This document shows, piece after piece, positions 29,465 through 40,921 of a DNA stretch of 64,000 nt. The stretch lies in the IMG/VR virus record IMGVR_UViG_3300037493_003260, positions 20,089 through 84,088 of that record. One strand, 5' to 3'. A model generated the notes under the pieces. That model was given only the letters and a program-made list of their open reading frames with translations. It did no database searches and had not been told where the DNA came from. Numbering within the stretch: the first letter of the stretch is position 1; every line of letters begins with the position of its first letter. The DNA comes from a virus. Both the position numbers and the translations under genes were made by a program.

Positions 29465-30784
29465 TTAATCGAAATCGTCAGGCCCCAACGGGTTGGAGTC
29501 CTGGTTAGGTGCTAGAAATCCCAGCACTGGTTCTATTTTTTTATTACGTACTTTTTCGATGTTGTTGTAAAAATATTCGGGCTTTAAAATTAGCAACCCC
29601 TCACTTGTCAGGGACTTTTCGTCAATGGCGGTAATTGCAGCCGTGACCACAAGTTCTTTCATGTGTGCGCCAGTATATTTGTCCGTTTTTTGAGCAATGT
29701 CTTCTAGATTCACGCCATCCATTTTGTAGGTTTTTGTGTACAGTGCCAGCATCCGCAATCTGCCCTCGACACTAGGAAGGCCAATATCCAGGATACGGTC
29801 GAAACGCCCAGGGCGATTTCGCAAGGCGGTTTCTACGTTGTCTACCTGGTTGGTAGTCGCAATCACAATGATAAAATGATTTTCAACAAGGCCGTCCAAC
29901 TGGTTCATTAGTTCCCCAAGCAATGAGGCATTCCTAACAGATTGTCTGTCTTCACTGTAGAGGTCAATGTCTTCGAGAAACAGAATTGACGGGGACAACT
30001 CACGGGCCATGTCACAAACTACTTTGACATGCTGGCTGCGCTCTAAAAATCTAGGAGTGACCCACAGAAACGTGCAGTTCGTTGAATTGCAGATAATCTT
30101 TCCAATGAGAGTTTTCCCAGTCCCTGGGGGACCTTGAAGGATTATACCCCTTTTAAATTTGATGTTGTTTTTCCTGTAGACTTCGATATTGCTAATCATT
30201 CCGTCGATATTCAGTTGCAGTTCCGTTTTTACTCTCGTAGGAATAACAACGTCATCCCAGGTATAGTTACTGGTTGGAATAAACGACAGGCTAGCATCAA
30301 TTTTGGCATTACGAAGATAGTTATGTTCTTTGGCAAAAGCTTCCAGGTCCTTTAAAAAGGACTTTGCGCAATCTTCGGCAGTGTCTTGATAGAAAACGGT
30401 TACCCACCAACCCTCGTTATGGTAGCTGTTTTGGAATTCCAAAATAAACCGCGTGTTTTCTTTTTCAAGGAAAAAGCAACCTTCAGTAAGGCAGCTCTTA
30501 TAGGTCTTGGGGGCAACCTCAATGTCCTCTTTTTTGGGTGTTTGAAATCCGTTACTGCCGATACTTTTCTGGGCCAGCTTGACAAAGCGGTTTGTTTCAA
30601 GAAAAGCGTCTAAAGAAGTAACAATGATATTACGGAAATATCGTCCAACATACTCCTCGTATACCCGAAAGATGCGGTCTGCTGGGCAGCCAAGAAAGAC
30701 TTGGGCTTCATGCAGCATGTAATCATTATGCCAAGCACCCAAACGGATAGCCTGAGCGAGTCCCTCAATAGTTTCTTTTCGCAT
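29465..30784 (-). CDS. AAA+ ATPase (FtsH/Cdc48-like module)
   Basis: GPPGTGKT, LFLEDID, ATTN, ALRNRPGRFD. Confidence 0.9.
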   Translation of the reverse strand: MRKETIEGLAQAIRLGAWHNDYMLHEAQVFLGCPADRIFRVYEEYVGRYFRNIIVTSLDAFLETNRFVKLAQKSIGSNGFQTPKKEDIEVAPKTYKSCLTEGCFFLEKENTRFILEFQNSYHNEGWWVTVFYQDTAEDCAKSFLKDLEAFAKEHNYLRNAKIDASLSFIPTSNYTWDDVVIPTRVKTELQLNIDGMISNIEVYRKNNIKFKRGIILQGPPGTGKTLIGKIICNSTNCTFLWVTPRFLERSQHVKVVCDMARELSPSILFLEDIDLYSEDRQSVRNASLLGELMNQLDGLVENHFIIVIATTNQVDNVETALRNRPGRFDRILDIGLPSVEGRLRMLALYTKTYKMDGVNLEDIAQKTDKYTGAHMKELVVTAAITAIDEKSLTSEGLLILKPEYFYNNIEKVRNKKIEPVLGFLAPNQDSNPLGPDDFD

Positions 30785-30786
30785 GA

Positions 30787-31298
30787 TTATTTCTTTCTGT
30801 TAGAGATTTTGTGTCGCAACCATCGGTAGAATTTATTATTGTATGCCATCAAACTGTCAATAGCAGTAAACGTAAAACCCATGTCCACCAATAAAATGAG
30901 TGCAATGATTACTGTTAGGAGATGCTCTGACCATCCCTGAAGCAAGAGAGCAATCAGCACCAACGGTGGAAGCCATTTTACAAAGCCCCGTTGCGGAGGC
31001 TTCCGCGCCTTTAACATACTTTTTTCTTTCGTTTTGTAGTGAATTTCCGTAACACCCAGGTCCGCAGTTTGTTGTTCACTTCTATCAGCCTGTCCAGAGC
31101 TGAAAATTCAAACCCAATCTCAAACATCAGAATGACCACGATGAAGGCTTCTAAAAGTTGCATGGGACACAGATAAAGAAGTCCTGTCACTCCAATAAGA
31201 TGCAGCCATTTTAATGAGTTACGGACAACACGCTTAGTCCGTTTGCCCAGCCGTGCCAAAGAAATCTGGAGAGAAGCAAGCACTTGTTGTATGTTCAT
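30787..31298 (-). CDS. Two tandem paralogous small membrane proteins (30787-31017, 31011-31298)
   Basis: Shared GF.F.A.D.L...NNK...W motif after hydrophobic helices. Confidence 0.6.
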
Positions 31299-31461
31299 TT
31301 TGGGTAGATTACTCGCTTTCTGCGTACCACGATTATTCTGTCGCCTTTAATCAAGTGGTAGGCACGGCCTCCTGTAACAAGAATGCGCCCTAAGAACTTT
31401 GAGCCATCAATTATCTCAAGGCTTTTTACGGGAATGGCTACCCGTACAATACTCATCTTTC

Positions 31462-32034
31462 TCATTTTGTTGCCTCAGTCTCTGGCTTCTTTGAAGCCTT
31501 CTCTACATCAAACCCTGCCCCGAATTTCTGAATGTGCTCTTTGTATTCTTCGCTCAGAAAATCCGTCAACTGTTTGAAGTTGTGAAAGATTTTTCCGCCA
31601 TTCTTAAAGTTATCTCGTAGCAACGAAAGAATCCAGTCATTGAATTCTGTCACGGCTTGGTAACTCACAGTGTAGATGGGAATGCCCTTTTGCCATGCCT
31701 CCACAATTTCGTGAACAGTTCCGCCATACTTTTTCGCAGGGTCATACAAAAGAATCAGAAACTTTGATGTATTGACGCAAGTTAAATCCGAGCGACGAAT
31801 ATCTGCTAATACCCTATCCCAGATTAGCCATTCTCCACCACGTTTCAGATTCTCCAGTTTCTTTTTTTGTTCTTCCATGGTTGTAGCCAAACTGTGGTTG
31901 CACTCTGACTTGCATGGGTCTAAAACAATGAACCCATCATCGGCCAAAGTTTTCGTGAGTTTTTCACGCCAACCGATGCCCCCATCAGCAGCATCCTGGA
32001 TACTTCCAACTAAATATGTGCTGTATCTTAACAT
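31462..32034 (-). CDS. Nucleoside 2-deoxyribosyltransferase-like protein
   Basis: YLVGSI...WRE...VLDP...DL..V...GT..E...A. Confidence 0.65.
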   Translation of the reverse strand: MLRYSTYLVGSIQDAADGGIGWREKLTKTLADDGFIVLDPCKSECNHSLATTMEEQKKKLENLKRGGEWLIWDRVLADIRRSDLTCVNTSKFLILLYDPAKKYGGTVHEIVEAWQKGIPIYTVSYQAVTEFNDWILSLLRDNFKNGGKIFHNFKQLTDFLSEEYKEHIQKFGAGFDVEKASKKPETEATK

Positions 32035-32579
32035 GTTTGAATCCTATCCGTATGCCTTGCTATTTGCATACAATGCTCAATAAACTCCGAGCGAGAAGAA
32101 TCTACTTTCATCCAGTTACACAGTTTGCAACAAGAAACCAGATTCTCTAAAGTGTACCCTATGGTGTTATCTACACGGTCTAAGCCAATGGTATCAATGG
32201 AATTTCCACAATAGCTACAGGATTTATTCCAGAATTGCATAAACTCTGCAAAAGAAATATCGAAAGATACTGGCTTGGACCTTTTGGAAGCATTGCGTCT
32301 GTAGTTTCCAAAACACTGCCTGGGCGACATACGGTACTTTTCCTTGTTTTTGATTTTGTTCTTTCTTTTGTAACCCGCAACAGCTTCTGGATGAGTTGCC
32401 TGCCAAGTGGCTACCCGTGTCAGTGCAGCATTGGTATGTTTTATATAGTAGGCAGCCTGCTCAAGTTTTATGCATTCTTTACAGAGACACGTAAGTCCGC
32501 TTTTTGTAGATTTGTTATTATAAAACTGCCTTGAAGTTTTAAACTTTTTACAGCAAGGGCACAGTCGGTAACTTCTCAT
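32028..32579 (-). CDS. HNH-type endonuclease
   Basis: CSYCG...IGLDRVDNTIGYTLENLVSCCKLCN. Confidence 0.8.
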   Translation of the reverse strand: MRSYRLCPCCKKFKTSRQFYNNKSTKSGLTCLCKECIKLEQAAYYIKHTNAALTRVATWQATHPEAVAGYKRKNKIKNKEKYRMSPRQCFGNYRRNASKRSKPVSFDISFAEFMQFWNKSCSYCGNSIDTIGLDRVDNTIGYTLENLVSCCKLCNWMKVDSSRSEFIEHCMQIARHTDRIQTC

Positions 32580-33556
32580 GCTGTGTATAGCTTTCCGTTA
32601 ACAAGAAGCTTTCCCTTGATAATTCGTCTGATACTGGGAAAAAAACTTCCATCAGGCAGATAGTCTACCTCACAAAAAGCGTGGTCCCAGCTATTAGGCT
32701 TACCATGCTGCCATTCAGGGTTTTTATCGCAAAGACAACCAATGGATGCTGACCAAAATGCTAGTTCCCGTGCAGGTGTCGGCATTGTAAAGACTTGTAT
32801 TTGATGGGTATGTCCAAAAATTACGTTTTCGCAATACACACGAGCGTGCTGCATAGCATGGTGAGTACCATAGTAAAAGCCATGTGTGTAATTTAGCTTA
32901 CCCAACTTAATCTTATCGTTGTATTTTATGACTATCCAGCCACGCTTAGCGAGACTGAGACGTTCCCGAATATCAATGTGCTTTTTCCAGTAATCGCCAT
33001 CAGGTTTGGCAATAATTTTATCTGCACGGTCTTCGTGATTCCCAAGCAAAAAATACTTTACACACCCTGCAGGAAGAACTTTTTCGACGCTAGAAAGAAT
33101 TTTGTTAGCCTCTAGAAATTCTAAGTCTAGTGACTTTAGTTCTTCGGTAGTTAAATTGATTTGACGCTGTTTTTCTTTCCCAAGCAGAGCCGTGTAGTCC
33201 ATAAAATCCCCAAAAATCACAGTATGTGTAGGCTGGTAATCCTTGCAACGTTGCAATGCAATGCTAATCGCCTGCTGATTATGGTACGGAATTTGGCAAT
33301 CACTCCAGCAGAACACCCTCTCCAATTTACCAAGGGAAGGAATCTGAGCCTTCTTCAAGGCAGCAGCCGATGGCGTAACCACCAAGGGCTGGTACTCCAA
33401 AAGGGTCTTTCTGCGCTCAAAATCTGTGTCAATATCATACTTCCGACAGGCACGGCGTACACTACTCTCGTCGGTGCCAAGGGCTTCGGCAACATCAAGC
33501 TTAACATAGTTATGCTTCTTTAGCACTGCTAAAAGCTGAACTTTTGTAAGTTTCAT
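32576..33556 (-). CDS. Calcineurin-like metallophosphoesterase with N-terminal HTH
   Basis: SD.Q, GDFMD, GNHE, THG, GHTH; RBS ggaggag before ATG 33556. Confidence 0.85.
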   Translation of the reverse strand: MKLTKVQLLAVLKKHNYVKLDVAEALGTDESSVRRACRKYDIDTDFERRKTLLEYQPLVVTPSAAALKKAQIPSLGKLERVFCWSDCQIPYHNQQAISIALQRCKDYQPTHTVIFGDFMDYTALLGKEKQRQINLTTEELKSLDLEFLEANKILSSVEKVLPAGCVKYFLLGNHEDRADKIIAKPDGDYWKKHIDIRERLSLAKRGWIVIKYNDKIKLGKLNYTHGFYYGTHHAMQHARVYCENVIFGHTHQIQVFTMPTPARELAFWSASIGCLCDKNPEWQHGKPNSWDHAFCEVDYLPDGSFFPSIRRIIKGKLLVNGKLYTA

Positions 33557-33595
33557 ATTTTTATCTCCTCCCTTATTGTTATACCTTCTATTATC

Positions 33596-33625
33596 ATTAT
33601 ACCCTAAATTGGACCTGTTTGTCAA
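33596..33625 (-). promoter_or_regulatory. Sigma70-type promoter
   Basis: TTGACA-18 bp-TATAAT. Confidence 0.7.
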
Positions 33626-35297
33626 CCCCTGTAATACCGTTTTCTTTTTTAAGCTCTATCCTTTGCTTGAAACAATCCTTTACCTGGGTATGGGTAATTA
33701 CAAGGATATGCTTAAATTTTGCTTCCAGGTTAGCTAGGGTATTGAAGAAATTCACCTGGTTAAGCTCATCAAGGCTCCCAAGGCCCTCGTCTATAATGAG
33801 GGTTTCCACCTTAAAGTTGTTCCGTTTGGCTAATAGTTCTGAAAGGCCCAATCGAATAGCCAGGTCGATTAGGAGTTTCTCCCCGCCGCTGTAGTTAACG
33901 TACGGCTTGGTTTCCAGACCATCATTTAGGACAATTTCAAAGGTATCCACCATCTCCCCTTGGCGGCCCTCATGCTGGGTAATAATATCAATGGACAAAG
34001 GGAGGTCGGCCAGCAACTTCAAATTATTGTTAATTGCCACGGCTAACTCCTTAACCACGTTATCCACGACCAGAAGAGGAATGCCCTTAGGTCCGAACGC
34101 CTCTTGTAGGCATACGTAGACGGCTAGGTTTTTTTGTGCTTTTTCTAGCTGAGCTTGCAATTTTGCAAGGTCCATTTCTAATGTGCTAGAATTGGCAGCA
34201 ACTGCACCAAAAGCCTTAATCTCAGCATCCAACATAGTTGTTTGTTTTTCCAACTCCTTAGTGTCGGTCCGTTTAGAGTCCAACTTAAGTAACCGTAACT
34301 CCCCTTCCAGTGTAGCCATTTTAGTTGCGTTATCCACGAGTGAAAAATGGAGAGTTTGCTGCTCTTCTTTTAATGTCGCAATGCTAGCTTTCAGAGTCTC
34401 TTGTAGTTCCAAGAGAAAATCTTCAATCAGTTCCGTTTTGCAAAGAGGGCAATGTGCACCAGTATCATTCCCAAGAACCCGAAGTTGGTCTTCGATTTTT
34501 GTTATCTGAGCAGCTATAGTTGCAAACACAGCATCCTGGGAAGTTCTAAAAGATGACAATTGGGAAAGTTGCTCTAAAATAGTAACGTTCTGAGCTTCAG
34601 CTTTAGTAAGAGCTTCCACGGTTGCCTCATACTGGACCTGGGCAATTTTACGACTCTGTACCTTATCCTGGTAAAGCTGGTTGCTATTCCTATAGGTTTC
34701 TAATTGAGTTTCCAAAGAACTGATGTCTGTTTGAAAATGCCCAATGGAGGCTGCTAAGTTACTGGATTTTTCAGAAGCTAATTTTCGATACTGCCTATAT
34801 TTGTTAAGCTGAAGAATATCCAAAATAACATTGGCGGCTTCCGCAGGAGTTAGATTAGAAAAACTATTGGCCTGTCCTTGCTCGATACATGAACTATTTT
34901 TAAAAATCTCATACGACATACCAAGCAGATTGACGATAGCAGTTTGTGTGTCTTTTATTGTGGGTCCTGATAAGTCCTCCCAGCGGTCCAACTTCCAAGC
35001 ATGGAGTTCCAGTACAGTTTTTGAATCCCTAACACGTGCTCTTGTGACCTTCCAAAGATTTCCACTGACACGAAAAGTCACAGCGACTTCACAGAACGCC
35101 TGCCCTGTGGAAATCATAGCGTCCCCAGCACCGCTTACCCTGGCTTTTCCCCATAGGCCCCAAGTAATTGAGTCAGAAACGAGCGAAGACTTCCCTGCCC
35201 CATTAGGACCAAAAACACCAACCAGCCCTCCCGAAAGGCTAATGTTGGTGTTTCGGTGTGATAAAAAATTCGTGAGCTGAATGCTCGTTATATCCAT
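33597..35297 (-). CDS. sbcC: SbcC/Rad50-like ATPase
   Basis: GPNGAGKSS, CPLC zinc hook, SGGE signature, LIIDEG. Confidence 0.9.
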   Translation of the reverse strand: MDITSIQLTNFLSHRNTNISLSGGLVGVFGPNGAGKSSLVSDSITWGLWGKARVSGAGDAMISTGQAFCEVAVTFRVSGNLWKVTRARVRDSKTVLELHAWKLDRWEDLSGPTIKDTQTAIVNLLGMSYEIFKNSSCIEQGQANSFSNLTPAEAANVILDILQLNKYRQYRKLASEKSSNLAASIGHFQTDISSLETQLETYRNSNQLYQDKVQSRKIAQVQYEATVEALTKAEAQNVTILEQLSQLSSFRTSQDAVFATIAAQITKIEDQLRVLGNDTGAHCPLCKTELIEDFLLELQETLKASIATLKEEQQTLHFSLVDNATKMATLEGELRLLKLDSKRTDTKELEKQTTMLDAEIKAFGAVAANSSTLEMDLAKLQAQLEKAQKNLAVYVCLQEAFGPKGIPLLVVDNVVKELAVAINNNLKLLADLPLSIDIITQHEGRQGEMVDTFEIVLNDGLETKPYVNYSGGEKLLIDLAIRLGLSELLAKRNNFKVETLIIDEGLGSLDELNQVNFFNTLANLEAKFKHILVITHTQVKDCFKQRIELKKENGITGVDKQVQFRV

Positions 35298-35850
35298 TAT
35301 GGTTTTGGTTTCAGAAGCTTCGCTATCTCCTCAGCAACCAGCTTCCGTAATCCATCCTCGTTAGATTTGAGAACTTCTGTTGATTCAACGGCCTTAGCTA
35401 CCTCGTGAAACTTAGCTACATCTTTAATGGGGGGCAAGAACTGGCAGCTAAATTGCTTCTTGCTTGCGTCAAAGGTGCTAACAATACTTCGGAGTTCGTT
35501 GAGAACCTTACTTAAAAGATTCTGCATCTCGGTGTCATACTTTGATGCATCGTCAACTTTGACTTTGAACTCCAGCGGAATTATCCAAACCTTCTCTTGG
35601 TTTAGATTACTTGGGTTTTCTAACGGGTGTGTCATGGGTGTGTCTCCAGTACTTGTGGCGTTTCAGGCACCTTAGCCTGTTGACTTCCTTCTACTTGGGC
35701 ATAAATCAGAACCGTCCAAAAAGCAAGAATCGGCCCGTACAGAAAGAGCCACTCAGGGGCGTGAAACCTCAGCGTTAAATAAAGCGGAAGAATTACCGAG
35801 GTATATAAAGCTAAAAAAACAATCCAACGTACTGTTTGAACAACGTTCAT
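35297..35850 (-). CDS. Two hypothetical genes (35297-35635; 35632-35850 with two TM helices)
   Basis: Coupled ORFs. Confidence 0.5.
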
Positions 35851-36359
35851 GTTTGCTCCTTTGGGTACACGTCTATTTTGTTGTTGCAATCTTTGCAAAA
35901 AACCACGACGGTACCCTTTATTTCTCGTTCTTGAACATTCTTGCTGTTACAGAATGGGCATGATTCGTATTTAATTGGCATTGGAAACCCGCCTGCCCTT
36001 TCTAGGTGTAGCACCTTGCTTTTTATAGTGTCCTGAACAGGATAGGTACCTGGCGTATGCCTCGCCCGACATAGAAGGGACTGAGTTGAGGGCTGCATAG
36101 TTAATTGGTGTCCGTTTTTTAATGGGAAGCTTAGGAAGACCAACCAGCATCTCTTTTTTTGTTCTAAAGCCACCCCAGCGATTTTTAATTGACATAGCCA
36201 GTTCCTCCGCATGAAATGCAATCTTCATAATGACAGTCAGCCTCACCAGGCATGTATAAACGTCCTTCGCCACGGCAAATGTTACAGACAGCGGGTGTGC
36301 CGTTTTTTCTGCTAGGTGTAACCCGTGTCTTTGGATTAATGCCCCAGACGTGACGCACT

Positions 36360-37079
36360 TTAGGTGTTTTCGGTTTTCGGCTCATTCTGTATGTCCTCCA
36401 TAAGTTTTGGAAACGTTGCGGGCGTGAGGCATTCATTATGCCCGTACTCTATGACTCGATTATAAAGACGTAGGTAATCATAGGGTTGCCAGGTAGGCTT
36501 AACACGGTCTTCGGGATGGTAGTCTCTGATGATACCCCAGTAGCCCAAGTGGCCAAACGGGGGAACAGCAAGATACCGAACTACCGTATCATTGCGACTA
36601 GACCAAACCACACAGTACTGTGCTTGCTTGGACATTAGTAATTCATCCAGCCAGTTCTTCTGAATATGAGCAGAAATCACAGCACCAAATAAATGATAGC
36701 CCTCAATTTTTAAACTCCAGGGTCCCCTAGAATTATCTCGAAGAACTTCATGGGAAACCCAAGACCCGAATGAATGGGCAACAATATGCACTTTGTAGTC
36801 AGGATAATTACGGGCAGTTGCCGTAAGAAATGTTCTAAAAAGTTTGGCAGCAAACGGGGCTACAAATTTTGATAGTCCTACCCAAGCCATAGTGTTAATA
36901 ATAAACGCCCACACAGGGCCAATGATGCCATACGAGAACGGAAGATGCACTAACGTTTTTGATGTCATGTCAGCAGCATAGTTGGCTTTGAGCCACTTGT
37001 TAAAATCCATCTGCCATGCGTCACTAGCATCAATGTTAGAACAAATGCCATGTAGAGTAACGATTAATATTTTATCCAT
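36360..37079 (-). CDS. Alpha/beta hydrolase
   Basis: LHGI oxyanion motif, VAHSFG nucleophile elbow, D.VV, GH. Confidence 0.75.
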   Translation of the reverse strand: MDKILIVTLHGICSNIDASDAWQMDFNKWLKANYAADMTSKTLVHLPFSYGIIGPVWAFIINTMAWVGLSKFVAPFAAKLFRTFLTATARNYPDYKVHIVAHSFGSWVSHEVLRDNSRGPWSLKIEGYHLFGAVISAHIQKNWLDELLMSKQAQYCVVWSSRNDTVVRYLAVPPFGHLGYWGIIRDYHPEDRVKPTWQPYDYLRLYNRVIEYGHNECLTPATFPKLMEDIQNEPKTENT

Positions 37080-38028
37080 TCAAGGTCTCCTTGATGATTA
37101 GCAATCCCTGGGACACTAGAGTTTCTTTGTTCAGATGGTCTTTGAAGAATTCTTCTAGTGCCGCTTGCTCCGAAACTGATTCATTGATAACTTCGTTTCG
37201 TGGTACTGCTTTGTCCGTAATATCGAAAGCTATTTTCAAACTGTAAACGCCTCGTGAAGAAAGATACTGATGTAACTGGGCTGAGTCAACTGACTTTAAA
37301 GCTTCCCGTGTGCCAGAAAAAATAACTTTGACCATTGCCCCTGTAAGGTCAACGCCAGACCATGGAGGAACACTGAACTGTGTTTCTGTGACAAGCAGAT
37401 GGTATTGATACATGGGCCTTGTGGGTAAATCTATGCAAGATTCCAATTTTGAATCCGTAAAAACCCACAATCGCTTTTTATCCTTGTCCTCTGCAAACGT
37501 GACCTTATCCAGGCTACCAGCGTAGAATGCTAGGGGCTTCTCTTGCAATATTTGGGGTTTGTGAAGATGCCCAAATGCAAATGTATGACAATCAGGATTC
37601 TTTTGAATAATGTCAGAAAGAGCGTGGCCTTCTGTCATCTTGAATCCATTATCAGCCATGGCCCCAGATATTTGCACATGGTCAAAATAAAATCCATCAA
37701 GTTTAAACGGGGGGTGTACCACGGCAACTTGTGAGGTCGCCAAATCCTGTAAATAGGACAACGCTGAAATATCTCTATCCAGGTCATGGTTGCCTTCTAG
37801 TAGAATAATGCCTGTTCCGACACAATCACGCAAAGCGAGTAGCCAGCGGTTCAAAAGCCGCAACTCACGAGGTGACGGTCGGCGTTTGTCAAAGATGTCT
37901 CCCAGGGCTACAAAATAATCAGGATGAATACGGCCAACCTCTCCAAGAATGTGCTGGAGAAGATTGGCTGTATCAATGTAGCGTCTGTCCTCGTTAATGT
38001 GGAAGTCAGCGGAGACTACCAGCTTCAT
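37072..38028 (-). CDS. sbcD: SbcD/Mre11-like nuclease
   Basis: ADFH, GDIFD, GNHD, GHLH, YAGSL....F.E. Confidence 0.88.
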   Translation of the reverse strand: MKLVVSADFHINEDRRYIDTANLLQHILGEVGRIHPDYFVALGDIFDKRRPSPRELRLLNRWLLALRDCVGTGIILLEGNHDLDRDISALSYLQDLATSQVAVVHPPFKLDGFYFDHVQISGAMADNGFKMTEGHALSDIIQKNPDCHTFAFGHLHKPQILQEKPLAFYAGSLDKVTFAEDKDKKRLWVFTDSKLESCIDLPTRPMYQYHLLVTETQFSVPPWSGVDLTGAMVKVIFSGTREALKSVDSAQLHQYLSSRGVYSLKIAFDITDKAVPRNEVINESVSEQAALEEFFKDHLNKETLVSQGLLIIKETLNG

Positions 38029-38332
38029 GTTATTTCTTACTGCCAGGAACCCAGAGCTTATTTTGCTTGCCCTGTTTGGACTGTTCGACTAGCCCCGACA
38101 GATGCTTGACGACCGCTAATGCCGTCTCATCGTTTTCGTATGTCTTGAACACTCGACTTGTGACATACATGGCCAGAGGTCGTGTCAGGTTCTGAATATT
38201 CTGAACTTGAATTTCCTGGGTGTCAGGATGATAGGTAATAAGCATCTTGACCGCTTTGGTTTCTCTTGCTATGTCCTCAGGGGTGGATTCCTGGGGTTTC
38301 TCAGTTTCGTCAGCCATTGATTAATCTCCTTT

Positions 38333-38647
38333 TTATTTTAAGTGCAATTTTTTGACTTGCCCCACAAGGGCAATGTCGCCAAAGTCAATCATAAACATTG
38401 GCTCTTTACCTTCTTTTAAAGCCTCATTGTAAATCTTGAACAAGTCGGCACGGTTCAGTTTGTAGGATTGCTTTGCGGTCATCTTGTGCTCAAGCAAGTC
38501 GTTAGGGTAAGATATGTCCCCCTTTGAAAACGGGGTCGCCCCTGAATTGGGCGTTATCCGACCGCCAGTTTGCTCAGCGATTTTTTTTACTCGTTTATCG
38601 CTTTGTTCCCTGTAGCTTTCCTCGTTATTCATCCACTTTGGTTTCAC
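38333..38647 (-). CDS. PD-(D/E)XK Holliday-junction-resolvase-like nuclease
   Basis: NSGA....KGD......EHK.T. Confidence 0.6.
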   Translation of the reverse strand: MKPKWMNNEESYREQSDKRVKKIAEQTGGRITPNSGATPFSKGDISYPNDLLEHKMTAKQSYKLNRADLFKIYNEALKEGKEPMFMIDFGDIALVGQVKKLHLK

Positions 38648-39184
38648 GTTTGTTCTCCGTCATCAACCAAGCAGCAAGCATTGTGCACAGCTCGTTGTCA
38701 CGCTCAAACTCAGCGTAATCCGTGTAGTGTTGCCAGTTAGCTAAATTAGCTAAAAGGTCTGTGTACAGTTCGTTTGCAATCCCACTCGTGCGCCGTCTGA
38801 CCATATACGCCATAGCATCCTCCGTTAAATCAATTTTAATTTTATTCCAAGTTCTTTCCAAACCTGTTCGATTAAATCAAATTCTTTCAGCTTCTTATTC
38901 GTGGCTAGTATAATGGTATAGGTGCCACGGGTGTCATAAATTATGACCGTCTTATGAAAGACACGAGTATTGACTTCTACGAGAAGTTGCCAAGTAGTTT
39001 CGCTTACTCTAAACCAATGCTTAGTTGCTGTTATCGTCTTTTCCATCAGGTCCTTTGATACGCTCATTTAAAAAACGGTCAAGTGGGTCGTTAACCATTG
39101 GCTGATTGTTAGCGTGATATTTACAGAAAAATTCGACATGATTTTTCATAATAAAGCAACCGCAGGCGAGGCTCACTGTGTCGT

Positions 39185-40213
39185 TCATTTTTTAGCCTTT
39201 ACAAGAAGTTTAGCCACTATCTTTTTCTTTAAGTCGGCCACTACCGTAGGGTTTTCCCGCAGGTAAGCGATAGTCTTCTCTTTGCCGACTACTTCTTCTT
39301 TTCCAATTGTGTAAGTTGCTTTGTTTTGTTCGATAAATCCTGCAATGATACCATAGGCAAACACTTCACGAATATCATCAATCTGGCCTTTGGCGGGGCC
39401 ATCGGTATAAATATCAAACTCGCCACGCCGATAAGGCGGGAACGTCTTGTTTTTTACCGTTGTGAATTTTATGGTTTGGCCAATAACGGCTTTTTCGTTT
39501 TCAGCTGCAGATGCTTTAATCCAAGTTTTGTGAAAGTCAATGCGAATAGAAGCCGCATGACGCAGGCCCAGCCCACCTGGAGTTGTCTCAGGATTTCCAA
39601 ACATCACGCCAATCTTTTCACGAATCTGGTTGATAAAAATTACCAGGCAAGCGTTTGGTAGGCAGTCTTCTCCGACCTTCATGTTTAGGGCCGAGTGAAG
39701 TTTTCGGACTAGCCGATTTACCAGCTTAGCCCTGACACCCATCTGTTCAACGTGGTTCATTGCAGTATCAATGTCTTGAAGTGGCACCAGTGCGGCGGTA
39801 CTGTCCAGTACAAGGATTCCGCATTCCCCGCTACGAATAACAGCATCCATTACGTCACAAGCCAGTTCTCCTGTTTCAGGCCTTGACAGTTTCAGCTTCT
39901 TAAGGTCCACCCCTAGCAGGGTTGCCCAAACGGGGTCAAAGGAACCTTCGACATCAATCCACACGGCCAGCTTGCCAATTTTTTGAGCTTCGGCCACAGC
40001 CTTTAAAGCCATAAAAGTTTTACCTGCGGATTCTCTTCCGAATAATTCCACGACTCGGCCACACGGATAGCCCCCGCCAATTTCAATGTCAAGAGACAGA
40101 CTCCCAGTAGGGATGCGGTCTACTTCCATGGCCACAATTTCATCCCCTGAAATGATGGTGTTTTTTCCAAAGTCTTTATTTAACTGGCGTATAATATTGT
40201 CTAATTCCGACAT
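39185..40213 (-). CDS. recA: RecA recombinase
   Basis: IPTGSLSLD, GRESAGKT, LDS.AAL, FINQIREKIGVMFGNPETTPGG. Confidence 0.95.
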   Translation of the reverse strand: MSELDNIIRQLNKDFGKNTIISGDEIVAMEVDRIPTGSLSLDIEIGGGYPCGRVVELFGRESAGKTFMALKAVAEAQKIGKLAVWIDVEGSFDPVWATLLGVDLKKLKLSRPETGELACDVMDAVIRSGECGILVLDSTAALVPLQDIDTAMNHVEQMGVRAKLVNRLVRKLHSALNMKVGEDCLPNACLVIFINQIREKIGVMFGNPETTPGGLGLRHAASIRIDFHKTWIKASAAENEKAVIGQTIKFTTVKNKTFPPYRRGEFDIYTDGPAKGQIDDIREVFAYGIIAGFIEQNKATYTIGKEEVVGKEKTIAYLRENPTVVADLKKKIVAKLLVKAKK

Positions 40214-40281
40214 GTTATTTTCCCCTCTTTGAAATAACGACAGCAATTACACCACCGAGATTTCCGCACCTGCATGAAAAT

Positions 40282-40914
40282 TTATAAATTGTCTGACTCT
40301 GACTTTGGCTCATTAGGGTTTTTCCTTTTCTTTTCTTTTGGTAATGGCTTTGCAAAGTCACTGGGCGACGGTGGTTCTACGACTTCCATCGAATCCAGTG
40401 TTGGTTCCACTACAACTTCAGGGGGCCGAAAAGCCCCTGTTACTGCGTGATGATATGCGATTACAACTGCGTCGGCTGCATTATGGTCTTTCAAGCGTCC
40501 ACGCAATCCAAAGAACTGATTTACAGCGGTCACAATTTCTTCTTTCTTTGCTTTTCCGCTTAGGCCACCGAGCGACCGCCGTGCACTCATAGCCATATAA
40601 AACACGGCATCCATACGACGAAGTTTAAACCAGACTGATTGAATATGGCCTGCTAACCTGTTCAATTTTTTTAAGACTGTTGGGTCCTTGCTATAAAAGG
40701 TATCTTCTATTACAAGGCAGTCTGGTTTAAACAATCGTATAAGCATGTCAAACTGATGTGCAAAAACAAAGAACTTTTCAGACTCGGTGAGACCATCCAT
40801 AGGCTCAATCACTCCATAACGGAGCAATTGCGTCTGCTCTTTTGTAGGGCCAGAGCTTTCTAAGAGGCTCCAGCCCGATGCTACTGTTGAAAGGTCACAC
40901 CCAATTATTCTCAT
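40282..40914 (-). CDS. RuvC-like resolvase
   Basis: IIGCDLS...SGW, LVIED, A.K.EI, ADA. Confidence 0.8.
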   Translation of the reverse strand: MRIIGCDLSTVASGWSLLESSGPTKEQTQLLRYGVIEPMDGLTESEKFFVFAHQFDMLIRLFKPDCLVIEDTFYSKDPTVLKKLNRLAGHIQSVWFKLRRMDAVFYMAMSARRSLGGLSGKAKKEEIVTAVNQFFGLRGRLKDHNAADAVVIAYHHAVTGAFRPPEVVVEPTLDSMEVVEPPSPSDFAKPLPKEKKRKNPNEPKSESDNL

Positions 40915-40921
40915 GGTTATC

